Source of the DNA: Enoplolaimus lenunculus
Lineage: Eukaryota
Direction: 5' to 3'
NCBI GenBank assembly: GCA_030248215.1
Contig: JASANG010000727.1
Span: forward strand, 124,001 to 188,000
Length of the DNA stretch: 64,000 nucleotides
Shown here: piece after piece, positions 48,911 through 63,697 of the stretch
How the letters are laid out: every line of letters starts with the position of its first letter
Position numbering within the stretch: the stretch's first letter is position 1
The notes under the pieces: generated by a model
What the model was told of the DNA's origin: nothing
Database searches by the model: none
What the model saw: the letters and a program-made list of their open reading frames with translations, nothing else
Translations under genes and position numbers: made by a program

Positions 48911-50590
48911 TGTTGTTGTGCAACAATTTTGCAAATTTGAATTTTAAAATTAAAATAAAGTTAAACGGGCGTTCAATTGAGAAACATCGGTACTTGAAAC
49001 GCGGCGTTGTTTGATGTTGCTAAACGTTTTTGATTTCAACAAATCAGTTAGCAATCGGGTGCAAAAGGTGTGGTAGGGTTTTAATGGCCTGTGATTTGGC
49101 CAACGATTCATATGTGAACTAATTATTTTTAGTATTTTTAAAACAAATTAATGTATTTCATACTGTTTTTAACCAGTTTCGCACTAAAAACTGTAAATTA
49201 ATTTTAGCTTCACTTGTAATCTGAAACTATAATTTCTTGTACACTGTAAAAAATCGGAAGTCAAACTGACTGTCTCGGAAACAGGCTTTTCCTGACTACA
49301 TAAACTGAGTTAAATTTGACTCCGCCAGACTCAAGTGCGATTCACTGTTGACACTGGCGGAGTCAAATTTGACTCATTTTGCGTAGTCGGGAAAAGCCTG
49401 TTTCCGAGAGAGTCAATTTGACTCCCCATTTTTTACAGCGTAGCGTTTAGCATAGTATATTGGCGTCGAAAATGCTTCTGTAAAGATTTGAACCCTTTTT
49501 GTATTGAAAATATGTTTAATTTTCAAATCTGAACTCTATAAACAGAAAGGTCCATGTTACTTTAAGGTGCGATCAGGTTTCGGGTGGGTCTATAAAAGAG
49601 TAGGTTTAGATGCAAGATTACATTTTTTTGCTTAGGCTTAGGTTTATGCTTAGGTTTGGGCTTAGAATACGCTTAATGTACTGATTACGCCCCTTAAAGT
49701 AACACTGGCTAACAGAAATTCAAAAATTAAGATTGCATACACGCCACCCTACTGTAGCGACCCGAATAAGTGGAGGGTAATAAGAGGGTCCCCCTTTTTA
49801 GTCCCAATCAATAGTAGTCCGTTTCCTTAATAAGAGTCCGTAGGCGGAAAGAGTCAGTAAACCCCAATTAGAGTCCATATATGTCAATTATCCCTAATTG
49901 TTACGCATAAATGACTCCAGAACCAAGTAAACTTGAGCTCGAAACTTTAAAGCGTACTTAAGTTTTGAAGTACTTGTTAATACAAGTTATCCATATATAG
50001 TCATAAAAATTATAGTTCCGATTCTGATTCCGGTATAATCCAGTTCCGCTTCCACCCTGGTTGGGTGCTATACGAAACTATGCACCTTTGCTTCGCCTTA
50101 ACCTGATTCAGGTATAGCATTTAAACACATCTGAATTGACGCTAATTAACCTAAGTTGTTATAAACTGCAACCAGAGCAGAACGAATAGTGTTTACAAGG
50201 ATCTTTGTATACAATCAACCTGTTTCATACACTTTCAGTGAATTGTGACTAATGTGACAGAAAGCAGTGTATAAGCTGAAAAGTAGGTTTGAACCAGAAT
50301 TTGGCTTACAACCAACTGCTTGGCGTTTGAAGCCTGTAAGGCGTTGTTTATTTTGTATGAATTGGGCAAAATATAATAAAGTAGCGGGTTGATGTTTTGA
50401 GGTAAATTACGTCATTTGTTTATACCTGTTACAACTCTAATACAGTAAACAAAAACGTCAAATTACGGTCAGTACCGGAGCAGAAAAGGGCGGCGACTCC
50501 CTCCAATTTCGCTAGCGAAGCGAGCGAGAAGCCAGACGCATTTTAAAACTTCGGCTGTTTTTGTTTCAACCGATTAGCGTGAGGGCACCT

Positions 50591-50812
50591 GGCCCAGGTA
50601 TAGAACAGGACCGGAACAGTAGTATAAGCATATTCCTAAGTTTAAGCCTAAGCCTAAGCCTAAGCGTATGGATGAGACTATTCCTAAGCCTAAGCCTAAT
50701 CCTAAGCCTAAGCCTAATCCTAAGACTAAGCAAAAAAATTAGTCTAAAGTTTAAACTGACTCTATTATAGTAAACTCCGGAAAGCGATCCGGCCCTGTTC
50801 TATACATGGGTC
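50591..50812. mobile_element. TTAGGC-bearing MITE, subfamily A
   Basis: Perfect 8-bp TSD GGGCACCT; inserted into an older repeat homologous to ~13408-13610. Other A copies ~12716-12860, 26660-26822, 29818-30075, 38923-39120, 40157-40416, 52263-52504, 54122-54269, 58984-59187 (TSD AATATTAT). Confidence 0.85.
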
Positions 50813-53800
50813 GGGCACCTTATGAGGTTGGGCCGCAAATGGGTGGTATGGGGGCTGGCTGCTTCAGTGTTTTTTACGATATATCTATCAAATTCGCCTT
50901 TACTTTAACTGTATTGACCCGAATAAGAGTGGAGGGAATAATATGAGGGGGTCCCCATTTTGAGTCCGAATCAATAGGAGTCCGTTTTCCTAATAACAGT
51001 CGGTAAGCGGGTAGAGTCCCTAAACCCTAATTAGAGTTCATAAATATCAATTAACCCTAATTGTAGCGGATAAATGACTCCTGGACCAAATAATTTGAGT
51101 TCGAAACTTTAAAGCGTACTTAAATTTTAAAAGTATATTCGTAAGTATAACCTTTAACGAAGGGCGGCAGAGTGTGGGTTAAAAATAAGTAACAGTGCGT
51201 AACCGAATAACAAGAAGGGGTACCCTCTGGAGAGGCCAAATAAATATCAGTCCCCCCATCTTATTCGGGTCACTGCAATACGTTCTGTTTCATCGCCACG
51301 TCTGTGAGTAAACCAGGGTCTATGTCTCGCAATGACAACGGCCCATATGTAACATCGGCCGCATTCTACGAAAACAATTTTTATAGTTAAAATTGCAGAC
51401 AATTTTAAAACAAACGAACCTACACTAATTTAAGATTGCAAATTTTGCTTAAATTGCAAATAAACTGCTCCAAAATGTTATTTCGTCTGTACGAACCATT
51501 AATTTTTTACAGCCAATCAAGGAAAACACAGACAAATGAAAAACCAGCATTTACACGGATTTGCCAGCTGCTTTAAGAAACCACAGACGACCTGTGCTAC
51601 TCGCGACCACAAATCATTTAAAGTGGAACGCAAAACATATTCAAGGAAAACTTTGGATGTTAACGTCCGTCTTCGAGTGATTGAGCTTTAAAGCCAAACA
51701 AGATTTTTAGTTTATTTTTGACGTAAAGAAAACATTCATATAAGGTTACTAAATGTCTGTTAAACTTGAGTACAGAAGTAAACTGCAAAAAAATCAATTT
51801 TTACGAATTGTATTCGTATCAAATAACAAAACGCACACTGAAAAAAATGGTGAGTCAAATGACTGTTTCCGAAATACGCTTTTCTGGACTACACAAACTG
51901 AGTCAAATTCGACTCTGTCAGAGTCAAATAATTCGACTCACTGTGCGATTCAGAGAATCGAATTTGACACTGGCGGAGTTGAATTTTGATTCAGTTTGAG
52001 TAGTCAGGAAAAGCCTATTTCGGAGAAAGTCAATTTGACTCACCATGTTTTGCAGTGCATGAACGTTATTCTAAACCCTGTTACACGTGATTTTGTTGTC
52101 TTTCCACAACTTTACGACTAGGATGTATTGCCATACCGTGTTTTACGCAATTTATATCTTGAAAGAGTGTTTTCACTGCAGTCTTTGTTAAATAAAAACA
52201 AAAATTGAAACTTTATTCACAAGAATTCCGCTTAACAATCATGCAAGTGACCATATAAAATTGGGTCCACAGAACAGGGCCGGATCGTTTTCCGGCGGGG
52301 CTGTAATAGAGTCAGTTTAAGCTTTAGACTAACTTTGTTGCTTAGGCTTATGCTTAGGCTTAGGCTTAGGAATAGGCCCATCCTTAGATTTAGGCTTAGG
52401 CTTAGATTTAGGCTTCGCAATAGGCTCATCCTTGCGCTTAAGTTTAGGCTTAGGCTTAGGAATATGCTAATACTGCTGTTCCGGCGCTGTTCTATACGCG
52501 GGCCAACAGTTGGATCAAATATTCTACCTTATAATAACGTATCACATGACTGAGTAGCAAACTTAGCGCTTATACAGATATAAAATATGATTGCTGAAGA
52601 TTATAGACCTTAAAGTAGAAATTTAATATTTTTACACCGTGAAAACCGGATGCAATCATCGAACGAGTTGAACAGCGTAAACTATAGACAAAAGAAATCA
52701 GCCTAATTATCATTTCAAGTCATGCCGCACTGACGACGCGCAGTTTATTTGTTGACTTTCATATCAAAAGGTTGAGTCGTTTGGAATACACACGTCCTTG
52801 CGGCTAATAGTTTAGCGGTAAATTGAGAAAATTCGGACGAGGCGGACGTTGTGTTAAAATGAATTGTAGACGCACGTCGCGAGCGAAACACGCGAGAAGT
52901 CCAAACGCAATTTTAGCACTAAATGTTAATACAAAATATTGGCTTTGATCCTTGGCTGCGGTGCGATGGCTTGGGTGAACGTTCTTGGGTGCGCCGGAGG
53001 CCTCGTTTCGCTGTTGAAAGTGAACTTCTTCATTAGAACGGACTTAAATATGCATGCGGGATGGAAAACAATACACACTGTCGTATACTGTAATGACCCG
53101 AATAAAAAAGGGGGCTGATATTTATTTGGCCTCTCCAGAGGGTACCGCCCTTTTGTTATTCAGTTACGGAGTGTTATTTGTTTTTAACCCACGCCCCGCC
53201 GCCATTCGTTGCTGATATATCCGGTAGTGCAACTATCCGTTGAATTAAACATATATTTGTCTCGTTTCAATAGTTTGAGCGATAATAAAAGGTTATCCTT
53301 AGGCATGTACTTTCAAAATTTAATTAGGCTTTAAAGTTTCGAACTCAAATTATTTTGTCCTGGAGTCATTTATGCGCTACAATTAGGGTTAATTGACAAT
53401 TATGGACTCTAATTAGGGTTTAAGGACTCTATCCGCTTACGAACTCTTATTAGAGATACGGACTCCAATTGATTGGGCTCCAAATGGGACCCCCTCTTAC
53501 TACCCCCTCTTATTCGGGTCACTACAGCGCGAACTATAGATTGTAACATTATTCGGCTATTAATTGAAAAATTTAAGTAACTGAACTCAAAAAACTGTAA
53601 ATACTTAAAGCAAAAATTTGAAATTTCAAAAGCTAATAAAAACACATTTGGTCAAAAAACATTTTGCTAAACCTTCATTCAAATCGCTAAAATTTAATAC
53701 TGTGTTCTACAGCGATTGCGTTCACGTGAACGATTGGTTAACCAAGAGTGCATGATACAACAGTGTGCAACTTTTTGGATTCCGCATGGTACAAAATGTA

Positions 53801-56249
53801 CCACCGGGCGTTACGATTTTGACCGACTCCCTCTTGTTTAGAGGGGGGTCGCTGTCACATGCAATAACCGTAAATTAAGCTATAAGCGGAGCAACTTGTT
53901 GCCTGATACATAAAGTGCCATGGTTCGCATAGGTTGTAACCTGCTTCTAAATAAAGTGGTGGAAGGCCAAAAAGACAACGCGTGCCGAGTTCATTCTTTT
54001 CTACGCAGAATGTACCCAGTTGCATACTCTTGTTGGAGTAAACATCATTCATTCTTGTTGTAACAAACCCTAATTTCAGTTTAAAGGAACACCTTTGACT
54101 ATGGTAAAGTATAGTGTTTTTGGCCCATGCATAGAACAGGGTCGGAACAGTAGTATGAGCGTATTCCTAAGCCTAAGCCTAAGCCTAAGCAAAAAAATAG
54201 TCTAAAGCTTAAACTGACTCTTTTATAGCCCCTCCGAAAAGCGATCCGGCCCTGTTCAATACATGGGCCGTGTTTAGTATTGTCCCTATAATCAACAATT
54301 ACTAAAGTAGTTTTTCGAAGCTTTCATACAACGTTTATATGATTTTAGTCTTATTTTCATCTGAATTAATTACGTTAAAAACATACAGGCGTATGAATTG
54401 GCAGGAATTGTTAGCATAGGTGCCAAATACATTTCTAGAGAGGGTAAAAATACTTTTTCTGTTGAGTTCCTTTAATGTTTATCAAAACAATTTTTACCCA
54501 AAGAAAAGGGAATGATATCCTTAGGGGTCATGCCTCCCGTTTCAGTGACCCTCGTCAACCGGGTGCAAAATTTCGTAAAAAAACGGTGTTGTTTCAGATA
54601 AAACATTTTATAAGAAATGATTTTAGTTACACTATCCTTCTATTTCAAACTGAGAGATTTATGCAAAGTTCACAATAACTTTTGAGTGACTGCCACCGAT
54701 TTGTACCTGCGTTAGGGTTACCTCATGCACTCATTTTAAAATGTACACTCGTTGGTCTCTCCCTAACGAGTGTAACATTTGACACTCGTTAAGATGGCGC
54801 TGACGGAAATTTGATATTCATATATATGTTTATATCTACAACACATAAAATTTTTTATATGTGTAGATAATAGTAGCAGTATTTGCTGTTTTGTTCACTG
54901 CAGTTCTTGCTTTTAAATTTCGTTTGACGAGTGCAAAATGAACTTTGCGTGCTGGGTGAACCATATTTTTGGCACGGTATCATGTAAAATTGTTTGTCTT
55001 AATGAAGCTTACTACACCATGAGATTTACGCCAAGGTTGACTAATACTAGTCTTAATCTTAAGCGTTATTCACAAGGGCAAGTTTTTGCTACAAAAACTT
55101 GCAGCAGCAACTTGCATGTTTAAGTCTTGTCCAAATTTCCGCTCGGAAAACTTGCAGCTGCAAATATAATTTATTAAAAATCATAGCTAAAAATTTAGTT
55201 CATATGCGCAAATAACCGTGCAAGTTCACTGAATTTATTGCAGCCACTTTCTCATTGACTGATGAAAAAATGCCAGTTCTGCGTGCAATTTGCAGCAGTA
55301 AGTTCTCACAGCAAAAACTTGCGCGTGTGAATAGGACTTAAATTTTAATCAAAACCTACGCGTTTATCTCAAGTGTAGGAAAACCGATACAGGAGCCTAG
55401 TTTCACGCACGGCATGCTAGTAACGAAACATTTCCATATGATCGAGAATTTTTAGTTTTAGCTAAAATGATCGTAGCAATCTACTTTTGGCAGCTTGGGA
55501 CACGTTTTATCCCTTTTAGCATATTGGGTAACATTTTGTCTGCTAATAGACTCTGTATCATATTCAAAAGTCGTATTTGTCTGCTATCATTTTGTGTAGG
55601 TCACCTTTTGTCCTTTAATATCATAAAATATTCGACGTATTGTCAGCGAATATCATATGATATATTTTCAAATGTCTGCATACTTGAGGTAACATACCCA
55701 AATTATCCTGTTGAATATCATATGATACTAGAATTTGAAATTTGAATTTTTGAATTATGACAGTTTTCTAAGCGGTTTTGTGTCGGAAATGAATTCGCAG
55801 ACGTGTATTTGGTATTTTAAGAACAGCTGTGCGTCTGCCGTTCGACATTCCATTTATTTATTAGCACCCAAAAATTACACTGTCCCGCTGAAAATCATAT
55901 GATATGCGTTGTAATTCTGGAATATCATATGATATTCCCATAAATGTCCCCCACTGTCACGTAATATACCGACTCTTGTACACATTGATGTTCTGAGAGC
56001 GGCGGTTTGTAAGCAAATGTCATATGTCATTCGACTTTTGTCAATTCACCCGATATGAATGCTCGAATTTTAACGTTGGCCTCGAATCAACATGGGACAA
56101 ACCTTGTCCCACCTGCACCGGTTATAACGTGAATCCCGCATTATATGGACACAAAGCTAAAAGTAACCACCGAATACTGGCAATAGTATGCCGTATATAA
56201 TAAGCACACAATACATAATTTAGAAACATGACAAAATTTACCAAAATTA

Positions 56250-57400
56250 TAATCAGAAAATTCAGCGAATATCGTTGGTATATGATTACTTAACATTATT
56301 GAATGCAGAGGTTGCAACATTTACCAAATCTATTCCTAACATACAATTATGGTCTTCGAGTTCTTTAGGTTATCTTTAGGTTACAAAAAGTGTACCATTA
56401 CACAGAATTTAATTCTATAATTATAAATTTGTTAGCAAATTTGCATACGGTTTGCCCAATGTTTGTTTCAACAAAGAGAACATAACAGCAGTTAAGTAAT
56501 ATATAATCAGAAACTTCTGCTGAGACCTATGATTGCTTAAATTATTGAATGCAAATTTAGCAATTTCTATCAAATTTAATCATAGCATATGGTTTTCGAG
56601 TTCTTTAGGTTACAAAAACAGTAGAATTACACAGAATTTTATTCCAAATATAGATTTGTTAGCAAATTTGCATACAGTTTGCCCAATGTTTGTTTCAACA
56701 AAGAGAACATAACAGCAATTAAGTAATATATAATCAGAAACTTCAGCTGAGACCTATGATTGCTTAAATTATTGAAGGCAAATTTTGCAATTTCTATCAA
56801 ATTTTATCATAGCATATGGTTTTCGAGTTCTTTAGGTTACAAAAACTAGAATTACACAGAATTTTGTTCCAAATATAAATTTGTCAGCAAATTTGCATAC
56901 AGTTTGCCCAATGTTTGTTTCAGCAAAGAGAAGACAACAGCAATTAAGTAATATATAATCAGAAACTTCAGCTGAGACCTATGATTGCTTAAATTATTGA
57001 ATGCAAATTTAGCAATTTCTACCAAATTTATTCATAACATAAAGTTATGGTTTTTGAGTTCTTTAGGTTATGTTTAGGTTACAAAAAGTGTAGAATTACA
57101 GAGAATTTTATTCCAATTTTAAACTTGTTAGCAAATTTACATACAGTTTGCCCAATGTTTGTTTCAACGAAGAGAACACAACAGCAATTGCCTATAACAC
57201 AGCAGCAATTACCTAGAACACACTAGCAATTACCTAGAACATAACAGCAATTACCTAATTTATAATCAGAAAATTCAGCTGAGACCTATGATTGCTTCAA
57301 ATTATTGAATGCAAATTTTGCAATTTCAACCATATTTGTTCATGACATGCAATTATGGTTTTTTTGAGTTCCTAATATATTAGGTTACAAAGCTTTAGAG
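56250..57400. repeat. AT-rich tandem repeat, ~226-bp unit, ~4.5 copies
   Basis: AATCAGAAACTTCAGCTGAGACCTATGATTGC.. recurs at ~56251, 56505, 56732, 56957, 57264. Confidence 0.85.
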
Positions 57401-60400
57401 TTATACGAAATTATATATATTCAGAAGTCATTTTGTTAAAATTTTTGCTGTTTATCTTCAAACAAACATATTAATTTGTATCATTTCGTTAATACCAAAA
57501 TTTTGCAACATTTTGTACACTGCAAAAAAATGGTGAGCCAAATTGACTCTTTCTAAGATAGGCTTTTCCGGACTACGCAAACTGAGTCAAATTCAACTCC
57601 GCCAGAGTCATCTCCTAATCAGCTTTTATTCTGCAAAATTAGCTAAATCAATCAATCCATGGCCTAATGATGTATCATTTGCAATTGTTTTGCAATTTTC
57701 AGATTTGTGCGCAATTATAAGTTTTGTCGCTGCCACTGTCGCATGACTCTGCAAGCGATAAACTTATATAATTGTTTGCATTAATAACTGTTGCTCTTCA
57801 CAAATTTAGTTGAATAATCACAAACACTATAAGTAACACTATATATAGCAGGTCTCCAGGTAGCATGTGTGCCGGAAAAGACCTTAAAACTGATGCAGGT
57901 ACGCAATTCTAAGTTTTGCTTTGACAATTTTTTAATTTTCATGTACTGTAGTGATCCGAATAAGAGGGTGTGGGATAATAAGAGGGGGGTGGTCCCATTT
58001 TGAGTCCCAATCAATAGCAGTCCGTATCCATAATAAGAGTCCGTAAGCGAATAGAGTCAATAAATCTTAATGAGAGTCCATGATGCTCAGTTATTCCTAA
58101 TTGTAGTGCTAAATGACTCAAGGACGGAATAAAATTGAGTTCGAATCTTTAAAGCGTTCTTAACTTTTGAAAGTAAATTTGTCAGTATAACCTTGCATGA
58201 TCGTTCAAGCTGTTGACGCAAGACAAATAAACGTTTCATTCAACGGATAATTGCAGTACCGGATATATATCATTAACTAAGGGCGGTGGAGCTTGGGATA
58301 AAAATAATAACAGTCCGTAACCGAATAACAAGGGGATGTTTTTTCTGGACAGGCCAAATAAATATCAGTTCCCCCCTCTTATTCGGGTCACTACAGTAGG
58401 CTGTTATTGATAATGAAAATATTTCTTAACGATGTCATGTGGTCACCGACACTGTATGATTATGCTTAAGTCACACGTGTGTGCAAATTCGTCCAGTATT
58501 TGGTCCATGTTACTTTAAGGGGCGTTCAGATTTCGGCAGGTCTATAAAAGAGCGAGTTTAGATTCTAAATTACATTTTTTTGCGTAGGCTTTGGCTTATG
58601 CTCAGGCTTAGGCTTAGGAACACACTTTTGCAACGCTTTAGGCGTAGGCTTAGGTACACGCTTAATCTACTGTTACGCCCCTTAAAGTAAACATTGGCCC
58701 AATATTTTGACGGTGCTCATGCTACGACGTACGCTTGAGATAACCAAGTAATAGCATCAGCATTTGTATAAAATATTAAATAATTCACACGTCATTTAGT
58801 AATATGTTGCTATCAGTAATGTGTGTTAGCTTGAATTTTGATACCTTATCGCTATTAGTTCTGGTCCGTAAAAACTGCACTAGCATCAACTGCAAATGAG
58901 TCCAACTAAAGACAAATATCGTTAGCTTTGTTATATCATTTGGGTGTTTTAACTGTTGCCGGATTTCGCTGGTTCAATATTATAGACCATGTATAGAACA
59001 GGGCCGGATCGTTTTCCGGAGGGGCTATAATAGTCAGTTTGAGCTTTAGACTAATTTTTTTGCTTAGGCTTAGACTTAGGCTCAGTGAATAGGCTCATCC
59101 TTATGCTTAGGCTTAGGTTTAGGCTTAGGTTTTTGGCTTAGGAATATGCTTATACTACTGTTCCGGGGCCTGTTTTATACATGGGCCAATATTATTTTTA
59201 GTCTAATCATAGCTGATGCAATTTTTTTCCTGTTTACAACAGTTTATATTAGGTACCAGACGTAAAGTCACTAGAGAAAACTGAACAGAAAATTCAACAA
59301 CGATGCCGCAATTAATACTGCTCTTGGGACATTGAAAATAAGCCAAGACTTTGTTGGCCTTCGAGTGTGAAAAATGATTAGAATGACACAATTTCTATTA
59401 ATTAAATGGCCAATGTTACTTTTAGGGGCGTAACAGTAGAATAAGCGTATTTCTAAGCCTAAATCCAAGCCTATTGCTGTATTGACCCGAATAAGAGGGG
59501 GGTAATAAAAGGGAGGGGTACCCATTTTGGGTCCGAATCAATAGGAGTCCGTGTCCCTAATTAGAGTCCGTACGCGGATAGAATCCCTAAACCCTAATTA
59601 GAGTCCATAAATGTTAATTAACCCTAATTGTAGCGCATAAATCACTTCAGGACTAAATAATTTGAGTTCGAAACTTTAAAGCGTACTTAATTTTTGAAAG
59701 TACATTCCTAAGTATATCCTTGAATTATCACTCAAGCTATTGACACAAGACAAATATACGTTTAATTCAACAGATAATTGCAGTACCGGATATATATCAT
59801 TAACTAAGGGCGGCGTAGCGTGGGTTAAAAATAATAACAGTCCGTAACCGAATAACAAGGGGGGGGGGCGTACCTTCTAGAGAGGCCAAATAAATATCAG
59901 TCTCCCCCTCTTATTCGGGTCAATACAGTAAGCCTAAGCAAAAAATGTAATCTAGAATCTATAAACCTACTCTTTTATAGACCCACCGGAAACCTGAACG
60001 CCCCTTAAAGTAACATGGGCCAATTAAATTACGTTCCAAAAGCTTATACCTGATAAACAAAATTAACAATTTTAAATCACGCCAATCAAATCATTTTTAA
60101 ATGTTGAAACGTTTATTTTACATAAACAAAACTTTACAAACAGTGTCAAGATTAATTTTGATCCTGAGGCAACGCGAACCCGTATCCTGAGGGGCGCCTA
60201 GGGTTCAGCCTATTTGGAAAATTTTTGCTCATCTTTGATCACATTATTTCAGACCTGTTGACTCCCATTGTATTCCTGCCGTTTAATACTGCTCCCGAGA
60301 CAACACAGACCAGTAACCAAAGGGAACTAGGAGTTTATACTCTTTAGGAAACGTGTTGCCCAAACCTAGAAAAGTATTACCCCCATTACGCAAAACCTGT

Positions 60401-63400
60401 AAAAGTCTTCATCTCATGATGAAACGGTACTGTTGTTCCTCTATATCCTCTATACAGCTTTCCGAGCTGGCTACGGGTCTGAGACAACCAAAACGAAACT
60501 TAGCAACATTTCGAATGCCAGAAATACTTAGAAATGAAACTTAATTTAATAATTATATTAATTAGTTTTGACAGAACAATACCTGATCGACATAGTTTAA
60601 CAAATTAAACCAAACGTACAATCTATTAAATAATTATAGCGAATACAAAGAAAACTTCTGCCAAACCAAGTTCCACGAAACGATATCAAGGCGGCAATTT
60701 TTGCCATTTTTAGGAATTGTTCAGTACCCGTAGTCAAAATGGTGCCAACCCCCTTTGAAATATTCTGTCTTCCACTAGAAATATGACAGCCCCATTTGTA
60801 AGCTTGTTAGTTCGGTACGTTCAGCTTATAAATATAGTTTTAAACCCACCCTAACAGGTTCTAGTTTATTTACTGTATGTTTACGTAAAACAGAAATGCC
60901 TGAAGCTTAGGATATAAGCGGTCCAGAGGTGTACTGTAGTGACCCGAATAAGAAAGGGGGACTGATATTTACTTGGCCTATCCAGAGGATTCCCCTCCTT
61001 GTTATTCGGTTATGGATTATTTATTTTAACCCACGCTCCGCCACCCTTATATATCCGGTACTGCAATTATCCGTTGCATTAAACGTTTATTTGTCTTGTG
61101 TGAATAGCTTGAGCGATAATACAAGGTTTTACTTAGGAATGTACTTTCAAAATTTAAGTACGCTTTAAAGTTTCGAACTCAAATTATTCGGTCCTGGAGT
61201 CATTTATGCGCTACAATTAGGGTTAATTGACATTTATGGATTCTAATTAGGGTTTAGGGACTCTATCCGCTTACGGACTCTTATTAGGGATACGGACTTC
61301 AATTGATTCGGACTCAAAATGGGGACCCCCTCTTATTACCCCCCTCTTATTCGGGTCAATACAGTATACTATGACAGAAATACACGGTATCTAAATTTCC
61401 CACGGAAATTTCTGAAGAGAATACGATAGAGCACATTTAGTAGACTTTATAGTGTTAAATTTCTAATACTTGAAGGTCAAAACAATGTCATTTTTTACAC
61501 GATGAAATGAATTAATTGCGGTGCCTCTTGAAGCAGGCGAAATGCACCTGAATGGCAAATGTTTGTATAGATGATACCAAAAATGGGCTCAATAAAATAA
61601 AATTAATGACGTCAATGTGTTATGATAACACAATTGCAATTTGTCTCATAATTTGTAACATTATTGCAGCGAAGATAAAGCAACTACACACGGTACATCT
61701 TCCTATTGCACTCAGAGAGACCAGTAAACTTAGCGACCGAGACGGTTGTTTAGGCTTATTTGTAGGAGAAGAATTTAGGTTTATATTTTGGTCAAATATT
61801 CTCAAATGCGTATACACGGCAAAAAATGGTGAGTCAAATTGACTCTCTCCGAAATAGGCTTTTCGTGACTACACAAACTGAGTCAAAACTCGACTCCGCC
61901 AGCGTCAAATTCGATTCACTGAATCGCTCACTGAGTCGAACTATTTGACTCTGGCGGAGTCGAATTTGACTCAGTTTGTGTAGTCCGGAAAAGCCTATTT
62001 CGGAGAGTGTCAATTTGACTCACCATTGTTTGCAGTGTAGCAACTGTCACCAGTTAGTAATAGGTTTTCAACCTCACTAACGATTGTAATTGTTGAACTC
62101 AAATTTGATACAGGAGGAGAGCAAATCATGTTTTAAAAATGTGCTGAATTTTGTGCCTCAACATTTTCTGGTTCGAAAGTTACAAGACCTATCACCAGCT
62201 TGTGATATTTGCTACACACATTTGAGAATACGGGTTTAGGTTCAAGCTTAGGTTTGCGTTATGGTTCAAGCTTAGGTTTGTATTCTGGTTCAAGCTTAGG
62301 TTTGTATTATGTTTCAAGCTTAGCTTTGTACTATTGTTCAAGCTTAGGTTTAGGCTTACGTTCCGTGGGAATGTTCTCATCATTAAAATGAACCACTTTT
62401 ACATCTTAGGATGTATGGATAATTGCAAAATCCGCCTCATGGTGTTGATTTTTTCAACATAGCAATTCGGCAAAACTTGACATTCCTCAAAGTACTGACA
62501 TTAACCTGACTACCGGTTACCGGAACTTTGCAAGTCTATGCTTTAAAGTGGTACACCGATTGTGTGTCCAAAAATAAAATGTCATCTTACAAACAACGGT
62601 ATATAACAGTCAAATTGAATTTCGGGTTTTGACGGCAAATTAAATTAGCGACCAGACAGTGGTCGAAGAAAACTTAATTTACATACCTCAACCTGAAGTG
62701 AAAATTTGATATTACGTGTCATTCTTGAAACCAGCTGCGATATTAATCTGTTATCTTTTGTCTGGTAAACCCTTATTCATCGAATTATGTGTTGCGTTAA
62801 TCGATTCGGTTGTTTTTACAGAACAAAGACCATTCGGTGTATTGAGTGGGTATGTTCTTGAAATAATTGTCGAAAAAACTTAAAACAATGGTGTAGTCTA
62901 AAGTTAAACCGACTCTATTATAGCCCCTCCGGAAAACGATCCGGCCCTGTTCTATACATGGGCCAACAAGCGACAAGTTATCGGGCGACGAATTGTCATG
63001 ATACCGTTACAGCAGTACAATTTCTGGTTTAAAAACTGCATTTTAACAAATATTTGACTTATTTTAGCTTACATTAAAAATCGATTTATTAAATTTTGTT
63101 ATACTTCAAGCAGGTATAAACGAAGAGACAAACGGAATATTAAGTTTATATCCGGCGTTGGAGGAAATTAATTTTACTAAATGAAACATCGAATTTAACC
63201 AGTATTGTTTGCAACTCGAATAAACGCAATATAAAACCGAAAATAATACCAATAATTTTAAAAATTTTGAATAAATAAAGCGTTTTGTTATTGCTTAATA
63301 TGTGCCTTACAATCAAAATAATATTTCTGGTATTTAAGAAAAAAATTCTTACATTTAAGAAATATGTTTAGCAAGGTGCGCTTGAAAAGTATTTCTGTTA

Positions 63401-63697
63401 TAACAGAGAAGTTTTTAAAAAAGTTTTAAAATAAAGTCGAAAAATAAAGGGTTTCCGATAAGAAAATTGTCTTAAATATCAGAAAAAATTTTCAGATTTG
63501 GCACAGAAAATACATTTCTGAATAAATTCAGAAATACTTTTTTGTGTGCAGAATTGAATTAATACTGCAAAACATGCCTGTGGCAAACTTTAACTTGGTG
63601 ACGACCAGCTGCAAAATGACTTAAAAAATATTGATTCTTTAAGGGTAAGTTGACTGTTGACGAAAATTCAATGATGTACAATATTCGTACCTTACAG

